From assembly GCF_000181795.1 (NCBI RefSeq), contig NW_003526948.1, positions 356,530 through 408,217 on the forward strand: a DNA stretch of 51,688 bases. The letters run 5' to 3'. This document shows positions 28,697-45,034 of this stretch, piece by piece. The notes under the pieces were generated by a model. The model made no database searches. It worked only from the letters and a program-made list of their open reading frames with translations, and was not told the DNA's origin. The position numbers were made by a program, and so were the translations under genes. The stretch comes from Trichinella spiralis (taxonomy: Eukaryota). The stretch's first letter is position 1. Every line of letters begins with the position of its first letter.

Positions 28697-31600
28697 ATGA
28701 AACGAGATGTGAGTGTCAGCTGGCCAAACTTGGCAGAAATTTCCAGGTGAGTATATCTTTTTCAAAAAATTTCTGCTTCGTTTCATCCTAGTATTTTTTA
28801 TGTTACTTTCTGTTTTGTTACATTTTGTTTCATAATTTATACTATTTGTTTTTGATGCTTGATTCGATTTCAAAATAATTGACCATTTTATGTTTATTTT
28901 TTGCCGGTTAGCTAACGTGGGCAAAGTTCAAAATTTGCTTTTGCAATGTTTGAAAAGCGATTTGAATTTGTAACGGTTTTCATTGGAAACGATGCAGTGC
29001 ATATTTATTTTGTTTTTTTTTGTAATTTTTTTCCTGTAGTAGAACGCCGTCAACTTCGTTTTCAATATGCTGTTTGATCAAGTCCCACTCTTTAACTGCT
29101 AGTAGTCAAAGTGTCGAAGCCTGCCAGCTGTCGTTTGCTGACAATGGAGTCGATTTAGCTGCGACTGCTTCGCATGGTGTGCATAAGCATTTCGCAGACG
29201 GCAGCCGGAGAAGTTGTAGTGGTGACGACGGGACGCCAATGAAGCTTGCCGTCGACCGCGGAGCGCCAGTGAAGCTTTCCAAATCAGTCGAATGCGTCGG
29301 CCCGGGTACGGTCAGAGTTAATCTCGGCTGCTCAAAATCTGAAGTAGATTTATCACAACTGAGTGCTGCCAGTCGACTGTCAGAAAAACGCTTTTCACTC
29401 GGTGACCAAAGTTCGTTGGCGCAACGTTTGCACGACAGCAGCAACGAAGAAGACCCTGCTGGGACTACTGCTCTGACAGCTAATCCAGCGGACCAGCAGA
29501 AGGAGCTGTTGAAATTTGTCGACAATGCTGTGCACCTTGATCGATCTTTCAGCTCGACTCCGTCGATAGATGTGGACTCGAGTCTTGCTTATTTCGCTGT
29601 ATTGCCGCGCGGTATTTGCTGTATTTGTGCTTATCTTGTTACGTTGCTTGTTAATTTTCTTTTTGTTTTCTTCAGACAAACCCAACGAAGTATCCAGAGA
29701 ACGACTGCGACAAATTCGAGCCTCATCGATGGTGGTGCCAGCAATTACACCTCGTCTGCCACTGATGGGCTTACTTCCGAAAGCTGTTGGCAAAGCTTCG
29801 AACGACAAGTACGTGAAATAATAGTCTTCTCTTTTGTGTCTTCTTTTTGTTTATTAACTTCGTCCGTTCACGAAGCATAAAGTACTCGTGCTCCAGTAAT
29901 CGCGCTTGCTGTTCGGTAAACAAAGCAAACTGCTCTCTTTTCTTTACCCAGCGAAGAAAAATACCGTATTACAGAAAAGATAGACAAGCACAATATTTTT
30001 TAAGTTTTTTTTTCTTCTTGATAAGGATGTGGTTTTCCACTTTCAACGCGTGTTTGTTTTATCTTTTATCATTCGTCGTTGACATTTTACTTCTTGTCAC
30101 TTATCCAGGAATTTAGTTTTTTGGGAAACATTGCCATTTTGTTTGTCCAATTTTTGCATAGATATACGCATATTTGTCTTGAGTTGTTGATTATGCAGAT
30201 GTAATTTGGCATGTTTTGGTAATTGTTGTTTTTTTTTCTAAAATTCCTTTTATAAGCGCTTGCATTTTTAAATACAACAACGTACAGTCAGTTTTTGTCG
30301 TGAAGTGGAAGTTCTCTGTTTGTGTTGTTGGGTTGCTTTGAAATTTGTTCATAGTTTCGTTTAAGAAAGTATTGTTTGAGCTGTTCTTTTTTTATGTCAA
30401 CTATTATTACCAGAGGAAAGCACCGGTTGGTATTTTTTGAAAGTTGGAATTGAATCGATCTTTTTCTTTTTTCGATGCTGTGTATTTTGCACTCGTCATG
30501 CTGCAAGGTTGCACTACCTGGTGGCAGATTATTTTTTGTTTTCGATTTGTGTAAAAGGATATTTTTTAAATTATTATAATATTATTTTCCCGACAAAATT
30601 TCAAATTACCAAAAAAAAGAAAGAGAAAGGTAATTTGAAAATTTTTTACCATTTCAGTCCGATTGGTTTATATTTAAAAATGTGCAGGTAGGTAAATTCA
30701 CAGTTGAAGTATTGTGTAAAGTTTTAAAGTGGATTTAAAGTTTAATCGTGAATAGTTGTTGTGGGTTAGTTTTATCGGAACAGTGTCGTCTGTGTTTGGT
30801 ATGATTCGTTGTGCTAGCGTTCACAATTTTAGAGTCGATCTCAAGTCTATTGAAAAAGTACTGAAGTTGCGCTCTTCGAAGAAGCATGCTAAAGTGAAAG
30901 TGAGCAGATGATATTTTCCAATTCGTTGCTATTCGACTATTGCGAATTTTTAAATTCAAGGAGAAAAAGCAGCACGTTTGGTTGCAGTGCCAAGAAAAAG
31001 CCGGCCTGAACTGTGACATTTGTAACAAAGCAGAAGGGAATTATTCGTTTGTTCGTTGCACTGGTGAGAAGCATTGAAACTTACATCTTATATCTATCTG
31101 TCTATGTATACATACAATTGTTCAATCGTCTAATTTCAGAATGTCACGCTGTTTTACATTCTCATTGCAAAACTGCTGCTAATAAAGCCAGTTGTTCTAG
31201 AGGCAAAGCTGCGTCGAAAGTATTCACAAATTTATTTAATTAAGAAGAAGAAAAAAATTATTTATATATTTATTTATATATGTGTGTGTGATTATTTCTT
31301 TCATTTATTTATTAGCATTCCTCAGTGATGTTTCAAACTAGGCCGCTGAGTCTTGTTAGTCGTTTCAGCAGCTTCCGTTCAGGTAATTTATTTTTAAATA
31401 ATACATTTTGCTTTTTTCTTCCAAGCAAATGTGTGTCCGTCTGCTTTTGAATAATAATTCATTCTTCTGCCGTGATGAATTCAGATTCCAGTAGTAGTGT
31501 AATTGGGCAAATTTATGCGGAAACATCCAATCGAAGTGGCCCACTGCCGCAATCAGCCGATTGTGTAATATCTGTTTTGCCCGACGGGGCAGGTGTTTAT

Positions 31601-34600
31601 ACGATGTGAGTTGTTATTTTTCAAAGAAAAAGCTTTTTAGCTTTAACATTTTTCACTTACTCTTTTCAATTTATTAAAAAAAAAATTTTTTTCTCAGACC
31701 TGATGAAAAATGGGCAGAATTGGGTCTGTGGTCAGCAGAGGCGGACGGAAATTGGTGGAGCACTGGTCGAGGAAAAGTGGCAAGGAATTACATGTCGACC
31801 AAAGAAGTGAAGCGGCAGGATATTATACACGGTTTATTATGCAGAGAAACTAGAGCTATAAAATATCCTAAACCATTGCTGCAACTGTTTTTTAGAGCTG
31901 GTCACTACTGAACGGCATCATTGCATTACGCTTGTTCTCTTGAAACATGTTAATAATTTTTATTCGTTGCAATTTTTCAACTCCCACTCTGAAATTCGGT
32001 TCATTTTTTGTAGACTTATTTCGATGGACTGTTGGGGTTGAATATTTTGACCAACGATGAATTGAACATGCTGATGCCCCACTTGGAATTGTTGCTTGAA
32101 GTCCATCTTCATTTTCTTCAGCTGTTGAAGAAGAAAGTCGACGAGTCGGTAGTGGTGGAGAATGTGCACGAGATTTTTATCGAACAGGCAAATTTTTTAA
32201 ATGCCTATTTATTTATTTATTTATTTTGTTTACTTTATAAGACAGATTGTGCTTATCTGATGATGTTTTTGTTTGTTGTATTCATTTCGAATTTTGCTTG
32301 CAGTTTACTGGCGGAGTGGCTGAGAAAATGCAACTGGCATATACGACATTTTGTTCAAGAAAAGATTTCAGTGTTCAAGAATATCACCGACTTTGTCAGG
32401 CGAGCCCAAATTTTAGCATCTTCATGGAAGTAAGAATTATTAATAATAATAATAATATTTTTTTGTAATCAATTATCAATTTAGAATATGAACAAACTGC
32501 CTTATTTCAAAGCGCGCAGTCTTCCGGATTGTTTGCTTTTGGTCACGCAACGTTTGTCCAAGTATCATTCATTCGTTGAAAGTTTGAGAAAAAATACTGG
32601 TAAAATGAAGAAATTTATTCCAATATTTCATTTTTGATTGCCCCATTGGATAATTTTGAATATTCATTTCAGAAGATGCTTTGCTAAAGGATGAGATTCT
32701 TAAAGCTGAACAAGCGGTGAAAAAACTGGTGGCCAACGTGGACCAAGGAATTGGTGATATTCAGTTGCAACAGCTATGCAAAGAAATTGTTGCTCAAATG
32801 GACACGAAAGAGTCGACAACATTTTTGGGGAAAACATTTACAGTTCGTTGATATTTTATATGCTTTTCAAATAGCTGAATTTTTTCTATTATTAGAAAAA
32901 TGAGTTATTATCCAATACGAGGACTTTACTGCACGCCGGTGATGTTTATTGGCAAAATGCGATGAGAAAGCCTACCGGTAAACTACTTCTTTCTTTTCCA
33001 TACTTCTCTTATATATATATTATTTTTAGAAGTGAAAATGTTGCTCTTTTCTGATATTATTGTTTTTTTGCAACGAGTGGGAAATAGCTATGCATTTTTT
33101 TCACAAGACAACAAGGTGGTTTTGTGGTCGATTTTCCATTTTGCCCAGTCTTTTTGAAAATATTCTATTCAAAATTAGGAATGCATCATTTCGTTGCTAA
33201 AATTGATTGTGCGTGAAAAAGCTGGTCGGTCTGGTTCGCAAGGTCTGTATCTCATTTCAGCTGCCCCTTCCCATGCTGAAATGTACGAGATCATTTGCCA
33301 CACGAAGAAGATGCTCGCCTCTTGGACCGAGCGAATTCAGCGAGCAGTTGATGTCTGTCCGCCTGCAGGTACACACAACCATCCAAAGCAATTTTCCACA
33401 TTTATATACCACGATTATGCTTTTTTTTAATTTTCTCTTTTTTTTCAACCTCAACTTTACTGATCAATTTTAAGCTATTGAAGAGCGTCCTTCTTCTGAA
33501 TCTGTTTTCGCCGTGGAGCATGAAGAACAGTTGAAAACTTTATTTGGTACACAATTTTCATTTTCTTCTATCATCACATAACAGCATTGAATCTGAATAT
33601 ATGAATTTGCTTATTGAAAAAATTTATTAAATAAAATTCATTCTGTTATTCAATTACTTTTCAGGAAAAGTGAACAGCTGCAACGACGAGTTGAAAAAAT
33701 TATTAGACTGTCAAATTGAAGCGTATGGTGAAATTTTGGTGAGTTTTTTTGAATTATTATCAATCTATTTTATAAAGCGATCATTGCTGAGCATTCAATT
33801 CGTTGGTTTGTATTTTTAAGCAACTTGTTCACAAGATGAATATTCCGGATGAAGAGGAACGAATGAAAGTGGGCAACTATTCTGTTTTATAAAATTTTCC
33901 AATGTTCACACATAGCCGAGGTTCGTTTTAGATCATGAAAACTATTGACGAATGCTTGCCGGCGAAGATTGCGGCTACAGCTGTTGCCAGATGTAAGTGA
34001 ACGAGTGCTTGTGTCTGTTTTGAAAAATTGCATTTTTTCCATCCCTTGCACTAAATGATCTTTTCCATATTTCACAGTTGCTGATTTGATGTCACAGCTT
34101 GTAAGAGAGCGTTGTAAGCAGCAGTTGTTGAATTTGGCTTGCCCGGCTGATACTGCAACAGCCCAGACAACAACATCCAGCGATGGTTCCAATATCAATC
34201 GATCCCAGACATTCCATGGCATGCGTAACGACAGCAAAAAGTCAAGTAGGCATTTGCATTTTTGCAATTAAAATGCAATTACTATTTGATATTCAAATTC
34301 AGTAAAGTTTTATGTTGTAAAAATCAGTTTGTGAAAGTAATAGGAAAAAGGTAAAAAGATGGATATCGATTTGAATAATACACAAAAAGTAGTTTCATTA
34401 TTATTTTCAGTTTTCAAAACAGATGCTTTGTTTATTGTTAGCTGTGTTATTTGTTATTTAAAAGTTGGTTTTTTCGAAACATTTTTACATTTGTTACACA
34501 TATTTTTAGAATTGTATCGGAAACGTGTAACTGTCTCTGGCATACCGCAACGTTGTGAAGAAAATCGTATTGTAGTAAGTTTTGTATCACATTATGAAAA

Positions 34601-35966
34601 AGTGTGAATAGTATGAAATAGATTTCAATTATGTTTTGTCTTATTGAATCCTGATTAATAGTAATAATAATAATAAGATGCGATGTACGTTTAAGGAAAC
34701 TGCAATAGATAATGGAATGAGCGGGGAAATTCATGCAGATTCGAAAAGTGCATTTTGTGCGGTGATGAGCCGGTTGAAAGATGCGGAAGTAATCTTGAAA
34801 TTGATTGAAAATTCAATCTTACTCATGTTGTTCAAATTGTTTATTAATAATTTTTTTTCTCTTATTCAAGATTGAATTGGATGGAATGAAGCACGAGAAG
34901 GCAATGTGAGTTCTCTTTTTTCTTTCTTTTTCATATCTTTCCTTTTATCCTGAATTTCATCAACTTGCCACTCTTCTGTTATTATATTGTAAAAATTAAT
35001 GCAAATTATTGTCGCCTTGTGTAAATATGATAAGTTTCCTTGTTGGAAGCATTCGTCATTTTAGCCATCTGTTGGTGTTTATTGTGTTTGCAAATGTTTA
35101 GGCTGCTGATAGAATTGGAGAAAGAGAAAAGCATTCGAAGTAGTAGCGCGCAAAATGTTTACAATGCTGGCTTGGAAGAGCTTCGTCGGTTGCATTCAGA
35201 TTTTGAGAAACGGCGTAGTGAATTTCAGCAGTTGGTCGATGAGAAAAAATCCGATTTCGAACATAGGGAAAATGCCATTCGTGAAAAAGAGGTTTGTTTG
35301 TTTGCCTCTCATTTGATTCTTATAATACAGGTCGTCATTTTTATTGTTGTGGTTCCATTATTTGATTTGTGCTTTTAGGAACGATTGAATCGTGAGGATA
35401 GTGAATTGCAAAGCAAATGGCAATGCTTGCGTGAAGCGTGGGAAAAATTACAACTTTCCGGCGTTCCTATCCGGTCACTGACATCGCCATTGGCACCGAG
35501 TACAAGTTGCGCCGCTTACATTGCGACTTGCAATTCATCGACTAATGCATCGAATCCGGTTAATCATCCTGCTGCTGGCGGTGATAATAGTAATAATAGT
35601 GGTCCAATTGGGAAACAATCCAACAGCACCGTTGCTAATTCGACTCCCACTGTTGGCGTTGATGATAGCAGTAATATAACGTGCGTTCGTTCAGGCGTCG
35701 GTATATCCGGTGGCTCGACGAGCGCTTCTGCTGAAAAGCAGTCGTTTAGGAAGGTTCAAGTGCCACCGTATTTGTTGGGTTCATTTGTCCATAGTGGACG
35801 TTTGCCTGACGATCTAGTGCGTCAGCAGTTGCCGTCTAAGCTTCTCAAGGATGACATGTTCAATTCGTTGTCGTCGCGTTTCCAGTCCAGCATGAAGGAA
35901 CGGCGGAAAGGTTCTCCGAAAGTAAAAGATAATCACTCAATCAACGTGAAGGGCAAGCAGAAATGA
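28697..35966 (+). CDS. Lbc-family RhoGEF (ARHGEF2/ARHGEF18/AKAP13-like): C1, DH, PH, coiled coil
   Basis: C1 zinc finger HVW...CDIC...CTECHAVLHSHC...C (about 30970-31200). DH domain KEVKRQDIIHELVTTERHH, LPDCLLLVTQRLSKY. PH domain LLFSDIIVFLQ, LIVREKA, GLYLIS, EMYEIIC. Coiled coil and QQLPSKL near the C-terminus. Start at 28697 is inferred from in-phase splicing 28746>29040. Confidence 0.88.
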
Positions 35967-36963
35967 ATAACTTGTAGTGAGATTTTCTTTTTTGTAGTTT
36001 TGCAATTTATTATAATTAATTTTTTTTACTTTTTTCTTTACCATGAACGGTGTCTTTTTATATGCCGGTTACTATCACACGCCATCATATCGCTCATTTT
36101 CTACTTTTACTTCACTGATTTCTGAGCAGTGCTGTTAATCTTCTTTTTATCTTTTTTAGTTTTCTTTTTCTTGTTTTTCGTAGCTACAGCTTTTTTTATT
36201 TTCATCATTTTACGCTTGAGCAGTTTAATTAAATGTTATAATTGATAATCTCAATTCAACATTATCTCTTTATATGTATATGCATATGTGCAAGATATGC
36301 AATAATGCATATTATATATGATGATATGCACATGCATATGCATATGCATATATATTGCCGAGGTTTGGTAGATACCATGTTGTTCGCGTGAATGAATCCA
36401 CTTTTGGAAGCAGTGTGGCAGGGCAAGGGTTCAGTTGCGGAAAAAAGAGATTTCTCACGTTTATTCTCAATCGAATTCTCAATTCTTTAGCTTCAGCTTT
36501 TCCAGTCTCTCTGGCTTGTTCTTTTTCTTTTTTGTTTTCTACACCGAACAAATACACTGATAATAATAATAATAATAATAATAATAATAGGAATAATAAT
36601 GATCTGATAGTGCCAGCTGGTTTGTTTGCTTGTTAGTTTGCCGTAAAGCATAGTTATGTGTATTTAGTGAAGAGTGGCTGAAATTCTGCTGGAACAGTGG
36701 CGCACTTTTGTCTTATCACTTAGTATCTTCATTCATTTTATCCTCTCTCACAGGTCGATAAGTAAACAGTGCGCTTCGATGTATGATAAGCTGCTGTTTT
36801 CGTTTGCTTGCTTATTTATTATTGTACATGGCTGATGATTGCATTGTTTCAAATCTGAAATCTGTTTCTCTTGTTTGTGAAATTGAACATTCTTTTATCA
36901 TCTGCTTTCCGTGTTTGTTCGGAAGAGCATTTTTTGCCATTTCAACCTATCAAGTCGTATAAT

Positions 36964-36986
36964 TGTGTGTGTGTGTGTGTGTGTGT
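36964..36986. repeat. (TG)n microsatellite
   Basis: TGTGTG run visible directly. Confidence 0.9.
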
Positions 36987-38274
36987 TGTGGCTTTTAGTG
37001 AAGACAATCAAAAGCCCCTTCTAAATAGTGACTCTTCTCGAATGACTTCTGACCCTGCTATTTCTCCACTTCTGCATTATTTTGCACCCATCTTTCGACA
37101 TTCTACTAGTGGCACAGCGAACGACAAGTTACGAATAGACACACGCACACGCTCACATAAAAAAAAGTGTCTTCAACAAAGCAGCATTCTTTGAATGCTG
37201 CATGAGAAAACTATTAGGAAACGCAATTACTTGCAGACTCATCGATCACCACATGCTGACCCACGCCTACGGCGGCTTGCTTATAGCCAATATTTATTTA
37301 TATTACCGCTTATACTCTCCTCTCCTCCGTTGCATAGTTGCTAAAAACAGCGCCCGCCATTTTTCATCGGATGAAACGGCGGCTGATGTTCTATGTAGCA
37401 GCCTACTTTTGCTTGACGTTGTCATATGTTAAGCTGCTGTCATTTTGTCAGATCAAAGGGGACCGACGTATCTAGGCTCTGTTTTTTCACAATCAGTTGT
37501 TCTGCCAATGTTATGAAAAATTATGCCCAGTAGCGAAACATTCTTTTGAAAATGCCAAGGCACTTGGCAGCTTAACGTTTTGCCATTTTCAAAACGATTA
37601 TATAATACTTTTAATATATTTTTGGTGCTTCCGAGATGCGGAAAATATTACTGAAATGAAAAAAAAGTACGATTGGCTTCGTCAGTTTTGCTGAAAATCT
37701 TATCAACAAAAATGTGCAAGAATTCAAGCATATGAAATGAATTATCAGTCAGATGATACATGAAATTAGACAGCTACTTGTTTTAGAGGTGCCGTGTTTT
37801 GACCGAACTTACAGTTTTGACCATCCGCATTAAGCATATACATACAGTAATTACTCTTACTCATTTATGTGTATTTATTTGTTTAACATCAGTTCATGAT
37901 GCACTGATGACATTGAAAATCATTAGCAACCATTACAGAAAAAATCCAAACGAATGAATTATCATTCTTAAATACTTGGATTATTAAAACTTCTTCTTAG
38001 CATGTAAGTATCTCTTGTATTATTACATACAGTTATTCTTTTTTTACACTTTATTACTTTCATCATAATACGTTCATTACTTACTTATTATTAATAAGTT
38101 TCATTTAACAACATTTTATTTTCACTTCAATATACAATATATACTTAAAATATCGATAATAGTCACATTGTTAACACTAACTAATATTGGAGTTACAACG
38201 CAGTATTATTATATAAACTTTTCAAGCTTTATTCTTTTCATTGCAGAAATCAAAGAAAAGCTTTTAGTTTTAGT

Positions 38275-40013
38275 TCAGTGGATTTTGGACAAGATAGCAT
38301 AATTTCCATATGAGCAATACTTCTTCTGCAGAATCGGCACATAATAAGACCGCAACCACCTGTTGCAACGATCTAGCAATAAAAACGGCTTACTGTAAAT
38401 TATTTTCCAAGCATTTCTGTCAGCCATATAATCAGGTTCAAGCCTGGTTGAACGATTGGTGCTCAAATCAACCAAAAAATCACATTCATTCAGTTGAACG
38501 TATCGACTCAGCTCTTCTCTATTGTCGTCGTGCATATCTGTCGGTAAGAGGCGTGTGCGAGCTGGCAACGGTTCCAAAACAAATGGTTTTGGCAACTGTC
38601 CGGAAAATTCAGATTTCAAAAAATGCAACTGCACATTGGCAGGCAAATAAAAAGAGCTCGGAAAACGATACCACTCCTTCCCAACACACAGATTTCTTGG
38701 AACAAAATCATCAGGAATACGTTTGTAGACTTCACTGGGACCATCGAAATTGACCGTCAAATTGACAATGCGAGATATCGATAGTAGAAAAAATAATGCT
38801 ATGAAAATAAATTGAAAAAATGAACGAAATTTTCCGCCAAACAGCTGCTTCAATAGACGATGGTACATTTCCATGCCGATTGCTGCTGTCGCACAAAGTA
38901 ACGGATACATTGGAAATAAAAATCGTTCTTCTTTGTGAGGTTGAGTAAAGAATACAAGAATCCAAAGCGTCCATCCCATGTACAGTGGCCAAACTTTTCG
39001 AATATCTACATGATCATTCGGTCGTCTGTATCCGAGAAACAGTAACCCCAGCGTTGAGAATACGGACATCAGAAATACCACATTCCAATTCAGCCATAAA
39101 TTTTTTACATAAAAGCTCAACGGCTCCGTACCATACCGATTAGGTCCGTCTGTGCCAAACACATTGTATAAAATAATGTTCAACGGCGCAATGACTAGTC
39201 GGCCAAAAAAGTAACTGTCTACTGGTATCATAAAAGCACAAATGAAACAACCACTGGCTAGTGTATGGATAAACAGTTTCCTCCACTGGCCACAAGAAAT
39301 CATGTGCAGAGCTATGGGCAGTCCTAAATGAATGAATTGTCAACAGTAGTAATCCTCTTATCTGTGCATGGTTCCATTTTACCCAACAAAGCTGCAAATG
39401 GCCAGCACAACAATGCGCTAGCGGCAATAGACCACACTGCCACTGTATTTCTATCTGAAAGCCAAGCCGCATATGCACAACTGGTGAACGCCATTGCTAG
39501 ACTGCTAGGAAGCAAAGCAGCACCGGACAAGAAAGATCCGCATCCGACTGATTGGAAAATTAAATAATAAAAGCCAACTGCAGACGAGAGCCTTTTGCAA
39601 ATCACCACTGCAAATGAGACATCACAAGCAATGGTGAATGCTGAAATCCATACACGCATCAAGGTGAACAGGAATAATTTTGATGAAAACACACTGCTGA
39701 TCAGTTTTGCTGGAATAGAAAAGAATAATAAAAAAGCGTAGGACCGGATTGCATACTGAGGTGAATATTCCCAAGTTTGCATGCCTGAACCATAGACAAG
39801 CATGTGCACTGGTTCCCAATAGTTGTAAACCTCATCACAGTCCATTATTGGACAAAGTAACGCAGCTGAAATTCGCAAAAATATCAAAGCCTTACAGACT
39901 TCCATTACTTTTATCGGTAACGATGATAATGCTCTTGAGGATAATTTTACATATGATTCACCTTTACATACGCGAGTGATGGATTGAAAATGCGCTAAAT
40001 TCCGACGTCGCAT
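38275..40013 (-). CDS. ALG9: Alpha-1,2-mannosyltransferase ALG9, 2 exons (intron 39324-39382)
   Basis: Motifs DCDEVYNYWEP, QTWEYSPQYAIRSY, QPHKEERFLFPMYP, LCVGKEWYRFPSSF and FSGQLPK. A 59-nt phase-1 GT-AG intron joins LLG to LPIAL. Confidence 0.95.
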
Positions 40014-40159
40014 GTCTGAAAAAAGTCAAAATTGATCCCTAAAAACAATAACGTTTTAACTATTTTATGTAGACTGTGAAGAACCAAACAGGCGAGATAA
40101 TTCAGCCATGTTTTACATGAAATACATAAACAAAATTGTAGTCAATTTTAATCTTCTTG

Positions 40160-41620
40160 TCAACGAATGATCTGATCACATTTCTCATCATTAGTTACAA
40201 GACGTAATAGATCTTCCAACTTCGTTCTAACAAGAGAATCTTTTTCGGCGTAATTCTGAAATAAGTGTTAAAAATGGTTAACCTGAAATTGAAGTTAAAA
40301 AACTGAAAATTCATTCAGCCAAAACTGTGATTCAGGTAAACATAGCTACTTGTTAACGGAACAAAAATTTACAGCTCATAATTCTTAATAAGTTAAGCTA
40401 TTAAAAAATCATTGTGAAGAACAATTTTCAAATAACGAAAGCATATTTTACCCACAAGAGCTCTTTTCCGATATGTTTTTCTTGCACAGCATCTCTTTCA
40501 TTGGCATGGACCAAATAATACAAACTTACCAAATCGCAAGCAGCTTCAAGTCTACAAAAATTGTTCATAGAAAATTCGACATAATACAAAATATGAAATA
40601 ATTAATCGTCATGTCAGTGCACTCATTAAAAATAACCTTTACCTCTTTTCTCGCAAAAATTTCACAAGTAAAGAATCAATGATTTTATTCAAGCACAAAT
40701 AGAATACCATAGGGCCGTAAAATCTAGTAGATTGCAAATCCCACCACAACTCTCGACTGTTTAAATCATCATATACAACTTTACAAACCTAAAACTGATT
40801 TCATAAATAAAACTGCTACAAAAGTAATTAAATATATTATACTGACGCGAACAAAATTCGGATCATCTGGTTCAAATTGCACACAGGCCCATTCCAATAC
40901 AAACAGATGTTGATTCCTAGATAATGCTTCCTAAAAAATGAAAACAAAAAGCTGATGTTTGTACGATAAACAATGCATGAACCTCTAGATATGGTGTTTG
41001 AAAAACTTTTGGAAGCTTAACAGACCGATATTTTTTAGGGTAATATGCTCGTATGATACGGTCTTTCTCAGATTTACTAGCGGTTCTCAGTTCACCGTTT
41101 GGTTCTCGAACTGCAACTGTACGCTCCTGTAAAAAAACAAACTGCAAAACTTGACTCGGTCTCAAAATTATTCATTTCCCACTCTCTCTTTTAATCCGAA
41201 CTCTATATCAATAAAAACAAATTTAGACGTATCATGGCAGCTTGTGTCTGCATCTTTTGCTAAAACTGCTACTGCTTCTGTAGCTGGTGTCAGCATGGGT
41301 GGCATGGACAATAACTTTCTTGACTTCTCATCAAAAAAACTGTATGCCTGCAAACAATGATATTTAATGAAAACAAATATAATCATTTCTCATTCTTTTA
41401 TTACTCGATTTAATTGGTTTTCAGTCATTAATTTTACAACTGGACGTTTCAGTGCAGAAATCTGTCGTTGTGAAAACAGCTTTTCAGGAACTACATCAGT
41501 CAGCTTTTTTAGAAGTGACTGAACTTCAGGTGCAGTAAACAGCCGTTCAACTTCAATGTTGCCAGCAGCCCAAGATAAGGTACGACGCCATAACTGGCAG
41601 TATTGATGGAGAAAAATCAT
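40160..41620 (-). CDS. MRPS22: Mitochondrial 28S ribosomal protein S22, multi-exon
   Basis: EVQSLLKKLT, KLMT, LLSMPP, KFVFIDI, ERTVAVREPNGELRTA, FVLEWACVQFEPDDP and DLQSTRFYGPMVFYL match the MRPS22 pattern. TGA at 40160-40162. Confidence 0.88.
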
Positions 41621-41951
41621 TTCACAAATTGGATTTTATTACTAAAAACAGAACGTAATTCAGAATTTCATTTACTGTTAAAAACTTAACATAAATTTAC
41701 ATAGTAAAAACAAAAAGTAAAAACGAGAAATTAACGAGCTGAATACTGATACTAAAATTCACAATGAAAATATTCAGTATGTGATTAAAATACTATTTAA
41801 CGCAAAATATTCTTCCATGAGTTCAGTTTAATTTTTATTAAACTTCTTTTCAGGGCAATTTGCAATTCCACAGTAAACTGAAAATAAAGTAATTACAGTT
41901 AATTTTCATGATTAAAGTGAAAACTAAATAATTTTTCTCCATAAATTTACA

Positions 41952-41952
<1 letters not shown>

Positions 41953-42008
<56 letters not shown>
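41953..42008. repeat. (AAT)n microsatellite
   Basis: About 18 AAT units between the divergent MRPS22 and Rab11 genes. Confidence 0.95.
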
Positions 42009-42010
<2 letters not shown>

Positions 42011-42866
42011 GTGAATTTATCAGTTACAGAATTTATACTGCATATCAACTAATAATCATGGTTTTTTTCTGATTTATATGAGGCTCTATTTCTTTGCTAA
42101 TTCTTTTCAATTACTTTGTTATGAGACTCTTTATTCATTTTAAAAATTTTTTGCCTCATAAACTATATTTTAAACGCGCATGTTATAATGTTTGAAAATT
42201 CACACAAGTTTTTAGTATACACATTCCCTCAGGTGTCGAGGCCTTTTTGTTACACAAGAATTTATACAAGGAATATAATTCATCATTTTTTGTATTTTAA
42301 AAATTCATATTATTATTTGCTTCCAGTTTGCTTAAAATTTATATTTGTACTTGATTTTCCTGACCTGTAAGAAGATTCTGGTATTTATGTGGGGGGGGGG
42401 TTAACTAGGCTGCGGTTGTCCTTTGTCTATCCGTACCAGTCACAACTTGTAATTTATTATTTATGCATATTGGATATCTTTTCCATTCGCTTTTATTTTT
42501 GTTATATTTTGAATTTGCTAGTCATCGTAATTCTACCTTTCTATGAAAACCGTAGCTCGACGATTCAGTTTTACATTACTTTATAATAGCTGCAGTCGGT
42601 ATATTTCTTGTTTTCATTTTGAAGCATTTAATGTTGACTTATGTCAGATAATTTTCCTGTTTATTATTTATTACTAAAAAATATCGCGTTTCAGGTATCA
42701 TTTGCAATTTTTCCCTAAAGGTAATAACGTTAACCCACATTATTAGTTTCGTTGTGTGTAAATTTGATTCTCTGTAGTATTGGTTTTCCTCGAGCGGGCA
42801 AATATTCTGCTTTATAGTTTGTTTGAGTGTTACGTTAATTTTAGCGAATTTACAGCTAACCACATT

Positions 42867-45034
<2,168 letters not shown>

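Noticed and set aside
36270..36356. Self-complementary ATGCAT/ATAT tract downstream of the RhoGEF
   Set aside because: An alternating purine-pyrimidine low-complexity repeat is trivially palindromic.
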